Shown in pieces: positions 44,653 through 55,334 of a stretch of 64,000 nt of DNA. The stretch's first letter is position 1, and each line of letters starts with the position of its first letter. Source of the DNA: an uncultured Christensenella sp. (GTDB lineage: Bacteria; Bacillota; Clostridia; Christensenellales; UBA1242); contig CASEHF010000001.1 in the NCBI GenBank assembly GCA_949287685.1, forward strand, positions 880 through 64,879, written 5' to 3'. The notes under the pieces were generated by a model. The model ran no database searches, was not told the origin of the DNA, and saw nothing but the letters and a program-made list of their open reading frames with translations. Both the position numbers and the translations under genes were made by a program.

Positions 44653-45282
44653 ATGAACAAAGCAATTTTAGGTAAGAAACTTGGCATGACACAAGTTTTT
44701 GCTACCAATGGCCTAGTTATTCCTGTAACCGTAGTTGAAGCCGAACCCAATGTAATCGTGCAGATTAAGAACGAGGACAAGGATGGTTACAATGCGCTAG
44801 TTGTTGCCTATGGTAGTATTCGTAAGGACTTGGTCAACAAGCCAAGACTTGGGACTTTTGAAAAGGCTGGCGTGGAGCCGAGGCGCATTTTGCGCGAATT
44901 CCGCGTAGATGATGTGTCTAGCTACGCAGTTGGACAAGAGATTAAATGCGATGTGTTCAGTGAGGGCGAAAAGGTCGATGTAATCGGTACTTCTCGCGGT
45001 CACGGATTTACTGGTATCATAAAGCGCTGGAATATGCGCCACCAGGACAACACACACGGTGGAAACAAGGTTCACCGCCACCAATCACTAGGTAGTGGTC
45101 CAGGAATTGCCAAGGTATTTAAGGGCAAGAAAATGGCTGGGCGTTACGGTGGCACTCGTACAACTGTACAAAATCTTGAGGTCGTAAGGGTCGATTGCGA
45201 CAGAAATCTAATTTTGGTTAAGGGCGCAATTCCAGGCCCACGCAATGGTGTGGTAATGGTTAGAAACGCGGTCAAGGCCTAG
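44653..45282 (+). CDS. rplC: 50S ribosomal protein L3
   Basis: ILGKKLGMTQVF..GHGFTG.IKRWN is canonical L3; operon order supports it. Confidence 0.97.
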   Translation: MNKAILGKKLGMTQVFATNGLVIPVTVVEAEPNVIVQIKNEDKDGYNALVVAYGSIRKDLVNKPRLGTFEKAGVEPRRILREFRVDDVSSYAVGQEIKCDVFSEGEKVDVIGTSRGHGFTGIIKRWNMRHQDNTHGGNKVHRHQSLGSGPGIAKVFKGKKMAGRYGGTRTTVQNLEVVRVDCDRNLILVKGAIPGPRNGVVMVRNAVKA

Positions 45283-45294
45283 GAGGAGTGAATT

Positions 45295-45921
45295 ATGGCT
45301 ACAACTAAAGTATATAATTTACAAGCAGTAGAAGTCGGTAATGTAAAGCTCGATGACAAGGTGTTTGGCGCTGAGTATAACGAGGCTTTGATTCACCAGG
45401 TAGTAGTGGCTTACTTAAACAATCAACGCCAGGGCACAAAGGCAACTCTTAGCCGCAGCGAAGTCCGCGGTCGCGCTAAAAAACCTTGGCGCCAAAAAGG
45501 TACAGGTCACGCTAGACAAGGTAGTCGTAGAGGCCCTCAATGGACCAAAGGTGGCTTGGCATTCGCTATAAAGCCAAGAGACTTTAGCCAAAAGGTGAAC
45601 AAGACTGCAAAGCGCGTTGCTTTCCGTAGCGCGATTAGTGCAAAGCTAAACAAGGGCGATGTGTTTGTCGTGGAGGACTTTAACCTAAAGGACCACAAGA
45701 CAAAGAATATGCAGGCAGTTTTGGATGCATTTAAGTTTAATAAGTCCGTGCTAGTTGTACTTGACCAAGTAAACGAGAATGTACTAAAGGCTAGCGGAAA
45801 CATCGCTAGAGTGTTGGTAGAGAACTACACACTTTTAAATGTGTACCAAATTGTTAGTGCCGACAAAATACTTATCACAAAACAGGCAATCAAATCTATA
45901 GAGGAGGCTTATACTGAATAA
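45295..45921 (+). CDS. rplD: 50S ribosomal protein L4
   Basis: RQGT.ATL.RSEVRG...KPWRQKGTG.ARQGS is canonical L4. Confidence 0.97.
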   Translation: MATTKVYNLQAVEVGNVKLDDKVFGAEYNEALIHQVVVAYLNNQRQGTKATLSRSEVRGRAKKPWRQKGTGHARQGSRRGPQWTKGGLAFAIKPRDFSQKVNKTAKRVAFRSAISAKLNKGDVFVVEDFNLKDHKTKNMQAVLDAFKFNKSVLVVLDQVNENVLKASGNIARVLVENYTLLNVYQIVSADKILITKQAIKSIEEAYTE

Positions 45922-46214
45922 TGGAAGCAAACAAGATTATTATTAAACCGCTTTTATCAGAAAAAAGTTATGCCGATATAGCAAAGAAACGCTACTGGTT
46001 CGTGGTGGACAAGTCGGCTACAAAGACTCAGATTAAGAGCGCAGTTGAGGAAATGTTCAATGTCGATGTTGAATCTGTAAATACCCTCATCACTTCAAAA
46101 AAACCCAGAAAAAGACAAGGTAGAACGACTGGTTACACTCCAGCCAAGAAAAAGGCTGTCGTAACCCTTAAAAAGGATAGCAAGCCTATCGCGTTCTTCG
46201 AAAGCTTGTCGTAA
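45921..46214 (+). CDS. rplW: 50S ribosomal protein L23
   Basis: IIKPLLSEKS...YWFVVDKSATKTQIKSAVEEMFNV.V.SVNT is canonical L23. Confidence 0.95.
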   Translation: MEANKIIIKPLLSEKSYADIAKKRYWFVVDKSATKTQIKSAVEEMFNVDVESVNTLITSKKPRKRQGRTTGYTPAKKKAVVTLKKDSKPIAFFESLS

Positions 46215-46236
46215 TTAAGCACAGGAGGAATTAGTA

Positions 46237-47064
46237 ATGTCAGTTAAAAGATTTAGACCTACAACCCCTACATTGCGTGGCACAATTCGCCCGACATTCG
46301 AGGAAATCACAAAGACTACTCCAGAGAAGTCACTCCTCAAGCCGGTCAAGAAAAATGCAGGCCGCAATATGTACGGCAGAATCACTGTGCGTCACCAAGG
46401 CGGCGGTACAAAGAGACAATACCGCGTCATCGACTTCAAGCGCAACAAGGATGGTATTCCTGCAAAAGTTAAATCAATCGAGTACGACCCAAACCGCAGT
46501 GCATACATCGCTTTACTTGCGTACGCTGATGGTGAAAAGCGCTACATCTTGGCCCCTCTAGGACTTACCGTTGGTGAGATTGTTATGAGCGGTGAGGGTA
46601 GTGAAATTAAGGTGGGTAACGCAATGCCAATGGCTAGTATGCCTGTAGGTACTGTTATTCACAATATCGAAATGCAACCAGGCAAGGGCGGACAAATGGC
46701 CCGCAGTGCTGGTGATTCAGCGCGTTTGGTCGCTAAAGAGGGGACTAGAGCAACTCTAAAACTTCCTAGCGGTGAAATGCGTATGGTATCGGCAAAGTGC
46801 CGTGCCACAATTGGACAGGTCGGCAATGTTGACCACGAACTCGTGAAATGGGGTAAGGCTGGTAACACTCGTTATCGCGGCATTAGACCAACTGTTCGTG
46901 GTAGTGTTATGAACCCTATCGACCACCCTCATGGTGGTGGTGAGTCAAAGGCTCCTATCGGTTTGCCTGGCCCTCGCACCCCTTGGGGTAAACCTGCTCT
47001 CGGTAAGAAGACACGTAACAAGCACAAGCCAAGCAGTAGTATGATTTTAAAAAGAGTTAATTAG
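46237..47064 (+). CDS. rplB: 50S ribosomal protein L2
   Basis: [23 protein letters not shown] and [12 protein letters not shown] are canonical L2 motifs. Confidence 0.97.
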   Translation: MSVKRFRPTTPTLRGTIRPTFEEITKTTPEKSLLKPVKKNAGRNMYGRITVRHQGGGTKRQYRVIDFKRNKDGIPAKVKSIEYDPNRSAYIALLAYADGEKRYILAPLGLTVGEIVMSGEGSEIKVGNAMPMASMPVGTVIHNIEMQPGKGGQMARSAGDSARLVAKEGTRATLKLPSGEMRMVSAKCRATIGQVGNVDHELVKWGKAGNTRYRGIRPTVRGSVMNPIDHPHGGGESKAPIGLPGPRTPWGKPALGKKTRNKHKPSSSMILKRVN

Positions 47065-47075
47065 GAGTAAGCATT

Positions 47076-47354
47076 ATGAGTAGAAGTTTGAAGAAAATGC
47101 CGTTCGTTGAAAAGCGCTTGATGAAACGCGTGCAAGAGCTCAATGCTAAGAACGAGAAAAAGCCTATCAAGACTTGGTCCCGTTCCAGCACTATCTACCC
47201 TGAATTTGTAGGGCACACAATCGCTGTTCACAACGGTCGTAAACACATTCCTGTTTATTGTACTGCTGAAATGGTAGGACATAAACTCGGCGAGTTTGCT
47301 CCGACAAGAACATTTAAAGGCCACAGCGGTTCTAAAATCGCTGATAAGAAATAA
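47076..47354 (+). CDS. rpsS: 30S ribosomal protein S19
   Basis: [10 protein letters not shown]...[28 protein letters not shown] is canonical S19. Confidence 0.97.
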   Translation: MSRSLKKMPFVEKRLMKRVQELNAKNEKKPIKTWSRSSTIYPEFVGHTIAVHNGRKHIPVYCTAEMVGHKLGEFAPTRTFKGHSGSKIADKK

Positions 47355-47370
47355 GAGTGAGGTATAATGT

Positions 47371-47988
47371 ATGGCAAAGAGAATGAGAGAAAAAGCATTA
47401 GCTCGCGCACAAAATGCTGACCGCCGCCCACAGGCGACCGTGAAGTTCGTGCGTATCAGCCCTAGCAAAGTCCGCATTGTCCTCGACATTATTCGTGGCA
47501 AAGACTATAACGAAGCAATGGCTATCCTAGAGGGTACTCCAAAGGCCGCTAGCGAGATTTTAGTCAAGTTGCTCGCTTCAGCTGGAGCAAATGCAGAATT
47601 TAAAAATTATTCAAAGGAAGACCTTTACATTGCAGAAGCATACGCAAACGAAGGTCCTACTTACAAGCGTTGGTGGCCCCGTTCACACGGTAGCGCTGAC
47701 CAAATCTTAAAGCGCACCAGTCACATCACAATTATTCTCGATGAGAAAAAGATGGATTTGGGCGCTACAAAGCCCGCAAGAGCGCAGGCTACCGCTACTA
47801 CAGCAGTGAATGTAGCAGATGAGGCTAAGGAACAGGTTAAAGAGGATGTTGTAAAGGCAAAGGAGACCGCTAAAAAGGCTCCCGCAAAAAAGACAACCGC
47901 TACTAAATCTACAGCCGCAAAAAAGACAACAACAAAAAAGACAACAGCCGCTAAATCGGCAAGTACGACAAAAGGAGGCGCGAAGTAA
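47371..47988 (+). CDS. rplV: 50S ribosomal protein L22 with a roughly 70-aa Lys/Ala/Thr-rich C-terminal tail
   Basis: The L22 core ([18 protein letters not shown]....A..IL..TPK.A...) ends near HITIILDEK. It is followed by ...[39 protein letters not shown]. Confidence 0.95.
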   Translation: MAKRMREKALARAQNADRRPQATVKFVRISPSKVRIVLDIIRGKDYNEAMAILEGTPKAASEILVKLLASAGANAEFKNYSKEDLYIAEAYANEGPTYKRWWPRSHGSADQILKRTSHITIILDEKKMDLGATKPARAQATATTAVNVADEAKEQVKEDVVKAKETAKKAPAKKTTATKSTAAKKTTTKKTTAAKSASTTKGGAK

Positions 47989-47990
47989 TT

Positions 47991-48662
47991 ATGGGTCAGA
48001 AAGTCAATCCTCACGGATTTAGAGTAGGTATTGTTAAAGACTGGGATGCGAGTTGGTACGCTGACAAGGTGCAATTTGCAAAACTACTTAAAGAAGACAA
48101 TACTATCCGCGAGTTTATTAAAAAGAAATATCACGACGCATTAATTTCCCGTGTTTCTATTGAGCGCGCACAGGGCGCACAAGGCAAGATTGTCGTAAAC
48201 ATTTTAACAGGTAGACCAGGTTTGGTGATTGGTCAAAAGGGTGCTGGCATCGAGCAATTGAGAAAGGAACTTGCTAAACTCGTTGATGGAAAGCAAATTT
48301 CCATTAACATTAAGGAAGTAAAGAACCTTGATACCGATGCAAATGTCGTAGCACAAAGTATCGCAGCACAGATTGAAAAGCGTGTGTTAGTAAAGCGCGC
48401 TATGAAGTCTAGTATGCAACGCGTTATGAAGGCAGGAGTCCAAGGTTGCAAAATCGCAGTCGCTGGCCGTATTAATGGTGCCGAAATCGCTCGTACTGAG
48501 CAGTATGCTCAAGGGTCGATTCCGCTACACACATTGCGCGCAGATATCGACTACGGTTTTGCAGAGGCACACACTACATACGGTGTGCTAGGCGTAAAGG
48601 TCTGGATTTACAAGGGTGAAATCCTGGCAAACAAGACTCCCAAACAAGGGGGTGAGCAATAA
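47991..48662 (+). CDS. rpsC: 30S ribosomal protein S3
   Basis: [21 protein letters not shown] is canonical S3, with KH and C-terminal domains. Confidence 0.97.
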   Translation: MGQKVNPHGFRVGIVKDWDASWYADKVQFAKLLKEDNTIREFIKKKYHDALISRVSIERAQGAQGKIVVNILTGRPGLVIGQKGAGIEQLRKELAKLVDGKQISINIKEVKNLDTDANVVAQSIAAQIEKRVLVKRAMKSSMQRVMKAGVQGCKIAVAGRINGAEIARTEQYAQGSIPLHTLRADIDYGFAEAHTTYGVLGVKVWIYKGEILANKTPKQGGEQ

Positions 48663-49150
48663 TGTTGATGCCAAAGAGAACAAAACACCGTAAGGTGCAG
48701 AAGGGCCGTATGAAAGGTCAGGCGCTTAGAGGCAATCGTATCACTTACGGTGACTACGGACTTGTTGCTCTAGAGCCATGCTGGGTGAAATCAGTGCAGA
48801 TTGAGGCCGCTCGTGTCGCAATGACTCGTTATATGAAGAGGGTTGGTAAAGTTTGGATTAAGATTTTCCCAGACAAACCATACTCACAAAAGCCACTCGG
48901 TACTCGTATGGGTAAAGGTAAAGGTAACCTCGAGGGTTGGGTCGCTGTAGTTAGACCTGGTAGAGTGTTGTTTGAGATTAATGGTGTTAGCGAAGAGGTC
49001 GCTCGTGAGGCGCTTCGACTTGCATCACACAAACTTCCACTTGCTACTAAGTTCTACTCAAAGGCCGAGCTTGACCGCGTTGTCGATGCCAAGTTGAATG
49101 GCGAAAAGAAAGAAAATGTGACCAAGGAGGAGGCAGGCAATGAAGAGTAA
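48662..49150 (+). CDS. rplP: 50S ribosomal protein L16
   Basis: [23 protein letters not shown]...GDYGL is canonical L16. It carries about 25 extra acidic C-terminal residues. Confidence 0.96.
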   Translation: MLMPKRTKHRKVQKGRMKGQALRGNRITYGDYGLVALEPCWVKSVQIEAARVAMTRYMKRVGKVWIKIFPDKPYSQKPLGTRMGKGKGNLEGWVAVVRPGRVLFEINGVSEEVAREALRLASHKLPLATKFYSKAELDRVVDAKLNGEKKENVTKEEAGNEE

Positions 49151-49349
49151 AGAATTTAGAGATATGACCACAGAAGAACTGCAGGACAAACTCAAAAGTC
49201 TAAAGAGCGAACACTTTAACCTGCGCTTCTCACACGCAACTGGTCAGTTAACAAATCCAATGATGCTAAACACAATTCGCAAGGACATAGCACGCGTTAT
49301 GACAATCCTTCGCGAGCGCGAATTAGCACAGGGAAAAAAGGATAATTAG
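49140..49349 (+). CDS. rpmC: 50S ribosomal protein L29
   Basis: LR.MT.EEL...L..LK.E.FNLRF..ATGQL.N is canonical L29. Confidence 0.95.
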   Translation: MKSKEFRDMTTEELQDKLKSLKSEHFNLRFSHATGQLTNPMMLNTIRKDIARVMTILRERELAQGKKDN

Positions 49350-49363
49350 GGTGGAGGTAAATT

Positions 49364-49627
49364 ATGGAAAACCAAGTTAGAAACAGTCGTAAACAGCGTA
49401 TTGGTGTAGTTGTTAGCAACCTTATGGACAAGACTTGTGTCGTTGCTATTGTAAATAATGTTCGCCACCCACTATACAAGAAAATCGTTAAAAAGACCGT
49501 AAAGTTCTTTGTTGACGACCCTAAAAATGAGTGCTCAATAGGCGATAAGGTCGTAATCGCTGAGACTCGACCACTTTCTAAAAACAAGCATTTTAGATTG
49601 GTTAAAATCATTGAAAAAGCGAAATAG
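49364..49627 (+). CDS. rpsQ: 30S ribosomal protein S17
   Basis: RK.R.G.VVS..MDKT.VV.V......HP.YKK.V....K...HD..N....GD.V.I.E.RPLSK is the S17 pattern. Confidence 0.96.
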   Translation: MENQVRNSRKQRIGVVVSNLMDKTCVVAIVNNVRHPLYKKIVKKTVKFFVDDPKNECSIGDKVVIAETRPLSKNKHFRLVKIIEKAK

Positions 49628-49645
49628 AGAAAGGAGTGAACTATT

Positions 49646-50014
49646 ATGATAATGCCACAAAGTAAATTAAAAGTAGCCGACAACACTGGCGCAAAAGAAT
49701 TAATGTGTATTCGTGTGCTAGGCGGTTCTTTTAGAAAAACAGCAAACATTGGCGACATAATCGTTGGTACTGTAAAGAGCGCTATCCCAGGTGGTAGCGT
49801 AAAGAAGGGTGATGTCGTAAAGGCAGTCATCGTTCGTAGTAAGCGCGGCGTTCGTAGACCTGATGGTAGTTCGATTCGTTTTGATGACAACGCAGTCGTT
49901 ATCATTGATAAGGATAAACAACCAAAGGGTACCCGTGTGTTTGGACCTATCGCTAGGGAACTCCGTGAGCGCGACTTTATGAAAATTATTTCGCTTGCAA
50001 ATGAAGTACTATAG
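49646..50014 (+). CDS. rplN: 50S ribosomal protein L14
   Basis: [20 protein letters not shown]....A.IGD.IV..VK.A.PGG.VKKG.V..AVIVR is canonical L14. Confidence 0.97.
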   Translation: MIMPQSKLKVADNTGAKELMCIRVLGGSFRKTANIGDIIVGTVKSAIPGGSVKKGDVVKAVIVRSKRGVRRPDGSSIRFDDNAVVIIDKDKQPKGTRVFGPIARELRERDFMKIISLANEVL

Positions 50015-50027
50015 GAGGATAATCTCG

Positions 50028-50555
50028 ATGAACAGCAATTTAAGAACAGGCGATATGGTTACCGTAATCGCTGGTAAAGATAAGGGTAAAACTGGTAAGA
50101 TTTTGTCCTCCGATGGGCAAAAGGGTAGAGTAGTTGTCGAAGGTGTAAATATCGTTCACAAGCACACAAAACCTCGTTCCCAAAAGGACAGGGGCGGAAT
50201 CAAGAAAACAGAGGCAAGTATTGATGTTTCAAATGTAATGATTATCTGCCCTAGTTGCGGTAAGGCAACTCGCATAGGTCACGCGTTTGATGACAAAGGC
50301 GTAAAGCACCGCGCTTGCAAGAAGTGTGGCGCATTTATGGATGGCGAAAAGAAGGCTCGCGCCAAGAAAGAGACTAAAAAGTCAAAAGAGCCTGCAACTA
50401 AAAAGGTCGAAAAATCGGAAGAGGTAAAAGAGACTAAAAAGCCTGCTCCAAAGAAAACCGCTCCCAAAACCACAAAATCAACTGTAGACACCGCAGACAA
50501 GACCGCTAGCACAACTAAGCGCCGCGCTCCTGCTGCAAAGTCTCAGGGCAAGTAA
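50028..50555 (+). CDS. rplX: 50S ribosomal protein L24, 4-Cys variant with a Lys-rich C-terminal tail
   Basis: The preferred start is 50028 (RBS AGGAGGA; MNSNLRTGDMVTVIAGKDKGKTGKIL, a KOW motif), whereas the track start is 49995. The protein contains CPSCGKATRIGHAFDDKGVKHRACKKCGAF followed by a roughly 65-aa K/E/T/A-rich tail. Confidence 0.95.
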   Translation: MNSNLRTGDMVTVIAGKDKGKTGKILSSDGQKGRVVVEGVNIVHKHTKPRSQKDRGGIKKTEASIDVSNVMIICPSCGKATRIGHAFDDKGVKHRACKKCGAFMDGEKKARAKKETKKSKEPATKKVEKSEEVKETKKPAPKKTAPKTTKSTVDTADKTASTTKRRAPAAKSQGK

Positions 50556-50570
50556 TTAACGGAGGAATAA

Positions 50571-51179
50571 ATGAGTAAAGAAATTGATCAGGTTGCTAAA
50601 GCATCTGCAACCGACAAGAAAGCATCTAGCAAGGCAAAACCTCGTTTGCAAACGAAGTACGAGCAAGTTGTAGTACCTGCTCTTGAAAAAGAATTGGGCT
50701 ACAAGAACATTAATCAAGTTCCGCGTATTGAGAAAATTGTGGTAAATGCAGGTCTTGGTGATGTCAAGGACAACGCAAAGAGTTTTAATATGGCTGTTGA
50801 TGAGTTAGGACTTATCACAGGACAAAAGCCCCTTGTGACAACCGCTAAAAAGGCTGTCGCAAACTTCAAACTCCGTGAGGGGATGAAAATTGGTGCAAAG
50901 ATTACTTTGCGTGGCGAGAAAATGTGGGAGTTTTTAGACAGACTTATCTCTGTAGCACTTCCTCGTGTCCGCGATTTTAGGGGAATTTCACCAAAGTCAT
51001 TTGATGGCAAGGGTAACTACTCTATGGGTATCAAAGAGCAACTTGTTTTCCCTGAAATCGACTACGACAAAATAGAAAAAGTAAGAGGCTTCGATGTCTG
51101 CATCGTTACGACTGCAAATACCGACAGCGAGGCAAAGGCACTCTTAGATAAACTCGGAATGCCTTTCAAAAAAGCGTAA
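50571..51179 (+). CDS. rplE: 50S ribosomal protein L5
   Basis: PRL...Y.......L..EL.Y.N..QVPR.EKIV.N.G.G is canonical L5. It has about 20 extra N-terminal residues. Confidence 0.96.
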   Translation: MSKEIDQVAKASATDKKASSKAKPRLQTKYEQVVVPALEKELGYKNINQVPRIEKIVVNAGLGDVKDNAKSFNMAVDELGLITGQKPLVTTAKKAVANFKLREGMKIGAKITLRGEKMWEFLDRLISVALPRVRDFRGISPKSFDGKGNYSMGIKEQLVFPEIDYDKIEKVRGFDVCIVTTANTDSEAKALLDKLGMPFKKA

Positions 51180-51189
51180 GGAGTAAAAA

Positions 51190-51375
51190 ATGGCAAGAAA
51201 AAGTATGGTTCTAAAGGCTAAAAAGCCTCAAAAGTTTTCAACTCGTGAATACACGCGTTGCTCAATTTGCGGCCGTCCTCACGCAGTTTTGAAAAAGTAC
51301 GGAATTTGCCGTATCTGTTTTAGAGAAATGGCTTACCGTGGCGAAATTCCGGGCGTAAAAAAGGCAAGTTGGTAG
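51190..51375 (+). CDS. rpsN: 30S ribosomal protein S14, short zinc-binding type (type Z)
   Basis: A 61-aa protein with [23 protein letters not shown] (CxxC...CxxC). Confidence 0.96.
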   Translation: MARKSMVLKAKKPQKFSTREYTRCSICGRPHAVLKKYGICRICFREMAYRGEIPGVKKASW

Positions 51376-51384
51376 GAGGGAATT

Positions 51385-51783
51385 ATGGCAGTTACAGATG
51401 TTATATCAGATATGCTCACTCGCATTCGTAATGCGATTGGCGCAAAGCACGCCACAGTTGATGTGCCTACCAGCAAGGTAAAACTTGCAATTGCTAAGAT
51501 TTTAAAGGATGAGGGTTACATTGCAGACTTCGCTGAGAAGGGCGAGGGCGTAAACAAAGTAATCAACATCACCCTAAAGGTAGACAACTCTGGCAAGTAT
51601 GTAATCACTGGTTTAAAGAGAATTTCAAAGCCAGGTTTGCGTATTTATGCAAGCGTTGACAAACTCCCTCGAGTTATCAATGGCTTGGGTATTGCGATCA
51701 TTTCGACAAGCAAAGGAATTATGACAGACAAGCAGGCTCGCGCTCTCAAAGAGGGTGGCGAAGTACTCGCATATGTTTGGTAG
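51385..51783 (+). CDS. rpsH: 30S ribosomal protein S8
   Basis: [13 protein letters not shown]......V.VP.SK....A.ILK.EGYI is canonical S8. Confidence 0.97.
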   Translation: MAVTDVISDMLTRIRNAIGAKHATVDVPTSKVKLAIAKILKDEGYIADFAEKGEGVNKVINITLKVDNSGKYVITGLKRISKPGLRIYASVDKLPRVINGLGIAIISTSKGIMTDKQARALKEGGEVLAYVW

Positions 51784-51793
51784 GAGGTAAGTT

Positions 51794-52339
51794 ATGTCAA
51801 GAATAGGTAAGAAACCCATTGAGCTTCCTGCAGGCGTGGACTTTGCAGTGTCTAATAACAATGTAGTTACAGTTTCAGGTAAACTCGGCAAACTTGAGCA
51901 ACAAGTTAGCAAACTTTTGAAAGTGGAACTCGTTGATGGAAAAATCTATGTGACAGCATTAAACAACTCTAGAGAAGCAAATGCTGCACACGGTCTTTAC
52001 CGTACGCTGATCGCAAATATGGTAGAGGGCGTTACAAACGGCTTCACAAAAAACCTCATTATCAACGGTGTAGGTTACAAAGTATTTGATAGAAATGGTG
52101 CTATTGAATTTAAGATTGGCTACAGTCACCCTGTTATTTTCAACGCACCAGAGGGCATTACGCTAAGTTGCCCCAGCCAGACCGAAATAAAGGTGTTTGG
52201 CTACGATAAACAAAAGGTCGGTCAAGTCGCTGCAACAATTCGCGATATTCAAAAGGTTGAGCCTTACCACGCATACGGCATTCGTTACGCTGATGAAGTT
52301 GTCGTAAAGAAAGAGGGTAAGACCGCCGCTAAGAAGTAA
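51794..52339 (+). CDS. rplF: 50S ribosomal protein L6
   Basis: [15 protein letters not shown] is canonical L6 with its two-domain length. Confidence 0.97.
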   Translation: MSRIGKKPIELPAGVDFAVSNNNVVTVSGKLGKLEQQVSKLLKVELVDGKIYVTALNNSREANAAHGLYRTLIANMVEGVTNGFTKNLIINGVGYKVFDRNGAIEFKIGYSHPVIFNAPEGITLSCPSQTEIKVFGYDKQKVGQVAATIRDIQKVEPYHAYGIRYADEVVVKKEGKTAAKK

Positions 52340-52353
52340 GGGAGAGTAGTACT

Positions 52354-52722
52354 ATGATTAACAAAATCGATAAGAATAAAGAGCGCGCTCGCCGTCACGC
52401 ACGCGTGCGCAAGAACTTAAGTGGTACTATGGAGCGCCCTAGACTCGTAGTTTACCGCAGTTTATCAAATATCTATGCCCAAATTATCGATGACAGCAAG
52501 GGTGTTACACTCGTTTCTGCTGGCACGGTAGAAAAGGCGCTCGAGAGCGCTCTAAAGGGCAAGACAAAGCAGGAGCAGGCGTACATAATCGGTGAAACGA
52601 TTGCAAAACGCGCTCTTGAGAAAAAAATTTCGCAGGTCGTTTTTGACCGTGGCGGATACATTTACACAGGTCGAGTAAAAAATCTTTCTGATGGCGCTAG
52701 AGCCGCAGGATTGAAGTTCTAG
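52354..52722 (+). CDS. rplR: 50S ribosomal protein L18
   Basis: RRHARVRK...GT.ERPRL.VYRS...[12 protein letters not shown] is canonical L18. Confidence 0.97.
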   Translation: MINKIDKNKERARRHARVRKNLSGTMERPRLVVYRSLSNIYAQIIDDSKGVTLVSAGTVEKALESALKGKTKQEQAYIIGETIAKRALEKKISQVVFDRGGYIYTGRVKNLSDGARAAGLKF

Positions 52723-52731
52723 GAGGAAATT

Positions 52732-53283
52732 ATGGCAGAAGTTAATAAAAACGAAAAGCGTCGCTCCGACAACAAATCTCGTGGCAAGCGTGAGGACCGC
52801 AAGCCCGTTGATGATGGGCTAGACAAGGTGAGAGTTGATATCCGCCCTGTACAAAAGGTAATAAAGGGTGGCCGTACACTTAGTTACAGCGCTTTGTGTG
52901 TCGTAGGCGACCGCAAGGGTAGAGTAGGTATCGGTACAGGTAAGGCTCGCGAAGTAGCCAGCGCTACAGAAAAGGCCTTTAACGCTGCTAAGAAGAATAT
53001 GATTCATGTAAACTTGGCAGGTACCACCATTCCTCATGAGATTACAATGAAGTATGGTGCAAGTATTGTAAAACTTATGCCTGCAAAGCAAGGTACAGGT
53101 GTCATCGCTGGTGGTGCTGCTCGCCCAGTACTCGAACTTGCTGGTATCAAGGACATCACTGCGAAAAACCACCGCAGTAATAACAAAATTAACACCGTTC
53201 GCGCTACATTTGAGGCACTAAAGACTTTGCAGACTGCAGAGCAGGTTGCCGAGAACCGTGGCAAGAAGTCGGAAGATTTGTAG
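52732..53283 (+). CDS. rpsE: 30S ribosomal protein S5
   Basis: V..RPVQKV.KGGR..S..AL.VVGD..GRVG.G.GKA.EV is canonical S5. Confidence 0.97.
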   Translation: MAEVNKNEKRRSDNKSRGKREDRKPVDDGLDKVRVDIRPVQKVIKGGRTLSYSALCVVGDRKGRVGIGTGKAREVASATEKAFNAAKKNMIHVNLAGTTIPHEITMKYGASIVKLMPAKQGTGVIAGGAARPVLELAGIKDITAKNHRSNNKINTVRATFEALKTLQTAEQVAENRGKKSEDL

Positions 53284-53293
53284 GAGGCGCGTT

Positions 53294-53500
53294 ATGGAAA
53301 AGAAAGAAACAAAGCCTGCTACGGCTAATCAAATCAAAATTAAACTTATTCACAGTGCAATTTGTACTACCCCAAAACAGCGCAAAACTTTGCGCGCTCT
53401 GGGGCTGACCAAAATCAATCAGGTAAAGGTTATGCCTGACAATGCCGCTATCCGCGGTATGATTAAGGTCGTTAGTCACCTTGTACAGGTTGAGCAATAG
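53294..53500 (+). CDS. rpmD: 50S ribosomal protein L30
   Basis: The preferred start is 53294 (RBS AGGAGG), whereas the track start 53246 overlaps rpsE. The I.LI.S.I...PKQR.TL.ALGL.KIN pattern is L30. Confidence 0.94.
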   Translation: MEKKETKPATANQIKIKLIHSAICTTPKQRKTLRALGLTKINQVKVMPDNAAIRGMIKVVSHLVQVEQ

Positions 53501-53509
53501 GAGGATATT

Positions 53510-53956
53510 ATGGAATTACACAATTTATCTCCTGCACCTAATTCAAAGCACCGCCTCCGCCGTGTCGGTAGAGGTAAGGGCTCTGGATTAGGTAAGACCT
53601 CTGGCCGTGGTGAAAACGGTCAAAACAAGCGCTCTGGCGGCGGTGTACGCCCTCTATTTGAGGGTGGTCAAATGCCTTTGATGCTACACCTAGGCAAGCG
53701 CGGATTCACAAATGGAAAGTTTAAATCAGTTTACTCAATTGTCAACATTGGACAGCTTGATTGCTTTGATGAGGGTACGGTGGTTACTGCCGAACTTTTA
53801 AAGCAAAAAGGAATCATTAGTAAGATCGAAAAAGATGGCCTAAAGGTTTTAGGCGATGGTAAAATTACCAAAGCATTAACCGTTAAGGCTGACAAATTTA
53901 CCCAAACAGCGATCAAAAAGATTCAAAAGGCTGGCGGGACAGTTGAGGAGGCGTAA
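53510..53956 (+). CDS. rplO: 50S ribosomal protein L15
   Basis: L..L.PAP.S....RRVGRG.GSG.GKTSGRG..GQ is canonical L15. Confidence 0.97.
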   Translation: MELHNLSPAPNSKHRLRRVGRGKGSGLGKTSGRGENGQNKRSGGGVRPLFEGGQMPLMLHLGKRGFTNGKFKSVYSIVNIGQLDCFDEGTVVTAELLKQKGIISKIEKDGLKVLGDGKITKALTVKADKFTQTAIKKIQKAGGTVEEA

Positions 53957-55278
53957 TGTTTAAAACTTTAGTCAATGCTTTTAAGCAGAAAGACATTCGC
54001 AAGAAGTTGCTCATAATTTTGGGCATTATTCTTGTTTATAGAATAGGATGTTGGATACCTATTCCAGGGCTTGAGGCTGGTGCCTTTAGTTCTATCGCTG
54101 GAAATGAGACAGGGTTTTTAGATTTGCTAAGTAGTGTGTCTGGTGGCGCATTAGCCAATGGCTCACTACTCGCACTCGGTGTCGTGCCGTATATTTCCGC
54201 ATCAATTATTATGCAGTTACTCACAGTTGCCATTCCCGCACTCGAGAGATTGAGTAAGAGCGGCGAGGATGGGCGCAAGAAAATTGCACTCTACACCCGT
54301 ATTGCAGCCTTAGTTTTCTCGATTATGCAGGCTGTGGCAATCGTTGTCGCATTTTATGGCGATGGCGGTGATAACTGCGTGATTAATCTCGATGCATTCG
54401 GCGCTGGCACTCCCGTGTGGATTGTGCCTACTATAATATGTCTTATCTTGGTCGCTGGTGGTATGTTCACCCTATGGCTTGGTGAAAAGATTACCGACCA
54501 GGGTATAGGAAACGGCGTTTCACTTCTAATTTTTGTAGGTATCCTATCCAGTGCAGGTTCTGCACTTCTAAACGCATTCCAAGGCGTGTTCAGTTCAGAT
54601 ATTGACCAACTTTGGAACATTCTAATCTTTGTGGCAATCTTAATTGTAGTGTTTGCACTTATGGTATTTATCGACTCTTCCGAGCGTAAAATCCCAGTGC
54701 AATATGCAAAGCAGGTTAAGGGTCGTAAAATGTATGGTGGACAGTCAACTATGATTCCTATCAAGGTTAATAGTAATGGCGTACTTCCAATCATTTTCGC
54801 AACCGCTTTGGTTACATTCCCTCAACTGCTTACACAAATGTTCTGGCCCGAGAGCGCATTCTACGCTTGGTGGTCAAACTGGTTGGGTACAGGTACTCCA
54901 TTGTACTTTGTATTTAACGCAATATTCATATTCTTTTTCTCGTACTTTTATGCACAGATTAGCTTTAATCCCGAGGATGTCAGCCGCAACCTACAGCAAA
55001 ACGGTGGATTCATTCCAGGTATCCGCGCTGGTAGACCTACGACCGATTATCTAAAGAAAATCAATAGCCGTATTACATTGTTCGGCGCAACTTACTTGGC
55101 AGTAATTTTCATTGTGCCTACACTAATTTTCTCATTAGTACAAGGTCCAAACACTACCTCTCTTATGACCGCGTTTAGTGTAACTGGTATGCTAATCGTA
55201 GTTAGCGTAGCATTAGAGTTTGACAAGCAGTTAGATGCGCAAATGCTAATGAAAAACTACCGCGGGTTCTTGAAGTAA
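53956..55278 (+). CDS. secY: preprotein translocase subunit SecY
   Basis: A 440-aa, 10-TM protein with conserved SecY blocks (LGV.PYI.ASII.QLL, GEKIT..GIGNG.SL.IF.GI). It sits in the canonical position after rplO. Confidence 0.97.
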   Translation: MFKTLVNAFKQKDIRKKLLIILGIILVYRIGCWIPIPGLEAGAFSSIAGNETGFLDLLSSVSGGALANGSLLALGVVPYISASIIMQLLTVAIPALERLSKSGEDGRKKIALYTRIAALVFSIMQAVAIVVAFYGDGGDNCVINLDAFGAGTPVWIVPTIICLILVAGGMFTLWLGEKITDQGIGNGVSLLIFVGILSSAGSALLNAFQGVFSSDIDQLWNILIFVAILIVVFALMVFIDSSERKIPVQYAKQVKGRKMYGGQSTMIPIKVNSNGVLPIIFATALVTFPQLLTQMFWPESAFYAWWSNWLGTGTPLYFVFNAIFIFFFSYFYAQISFNPEDVSRNLQQNGGFIPGIRAGRPTTDYLKKINSRITLFGATYLAVIFIVPTLIFSLVQGPNTTSLMTAFSVTGMLIVVSVALEFDKQLDAQMLMKNYRGFLK

Positions 55279-55334
55279 AATTAAATGTCAATTAAAATAC
55301 AAAAGCAGTCTAAACATAAAATTGGGGGGAATTT

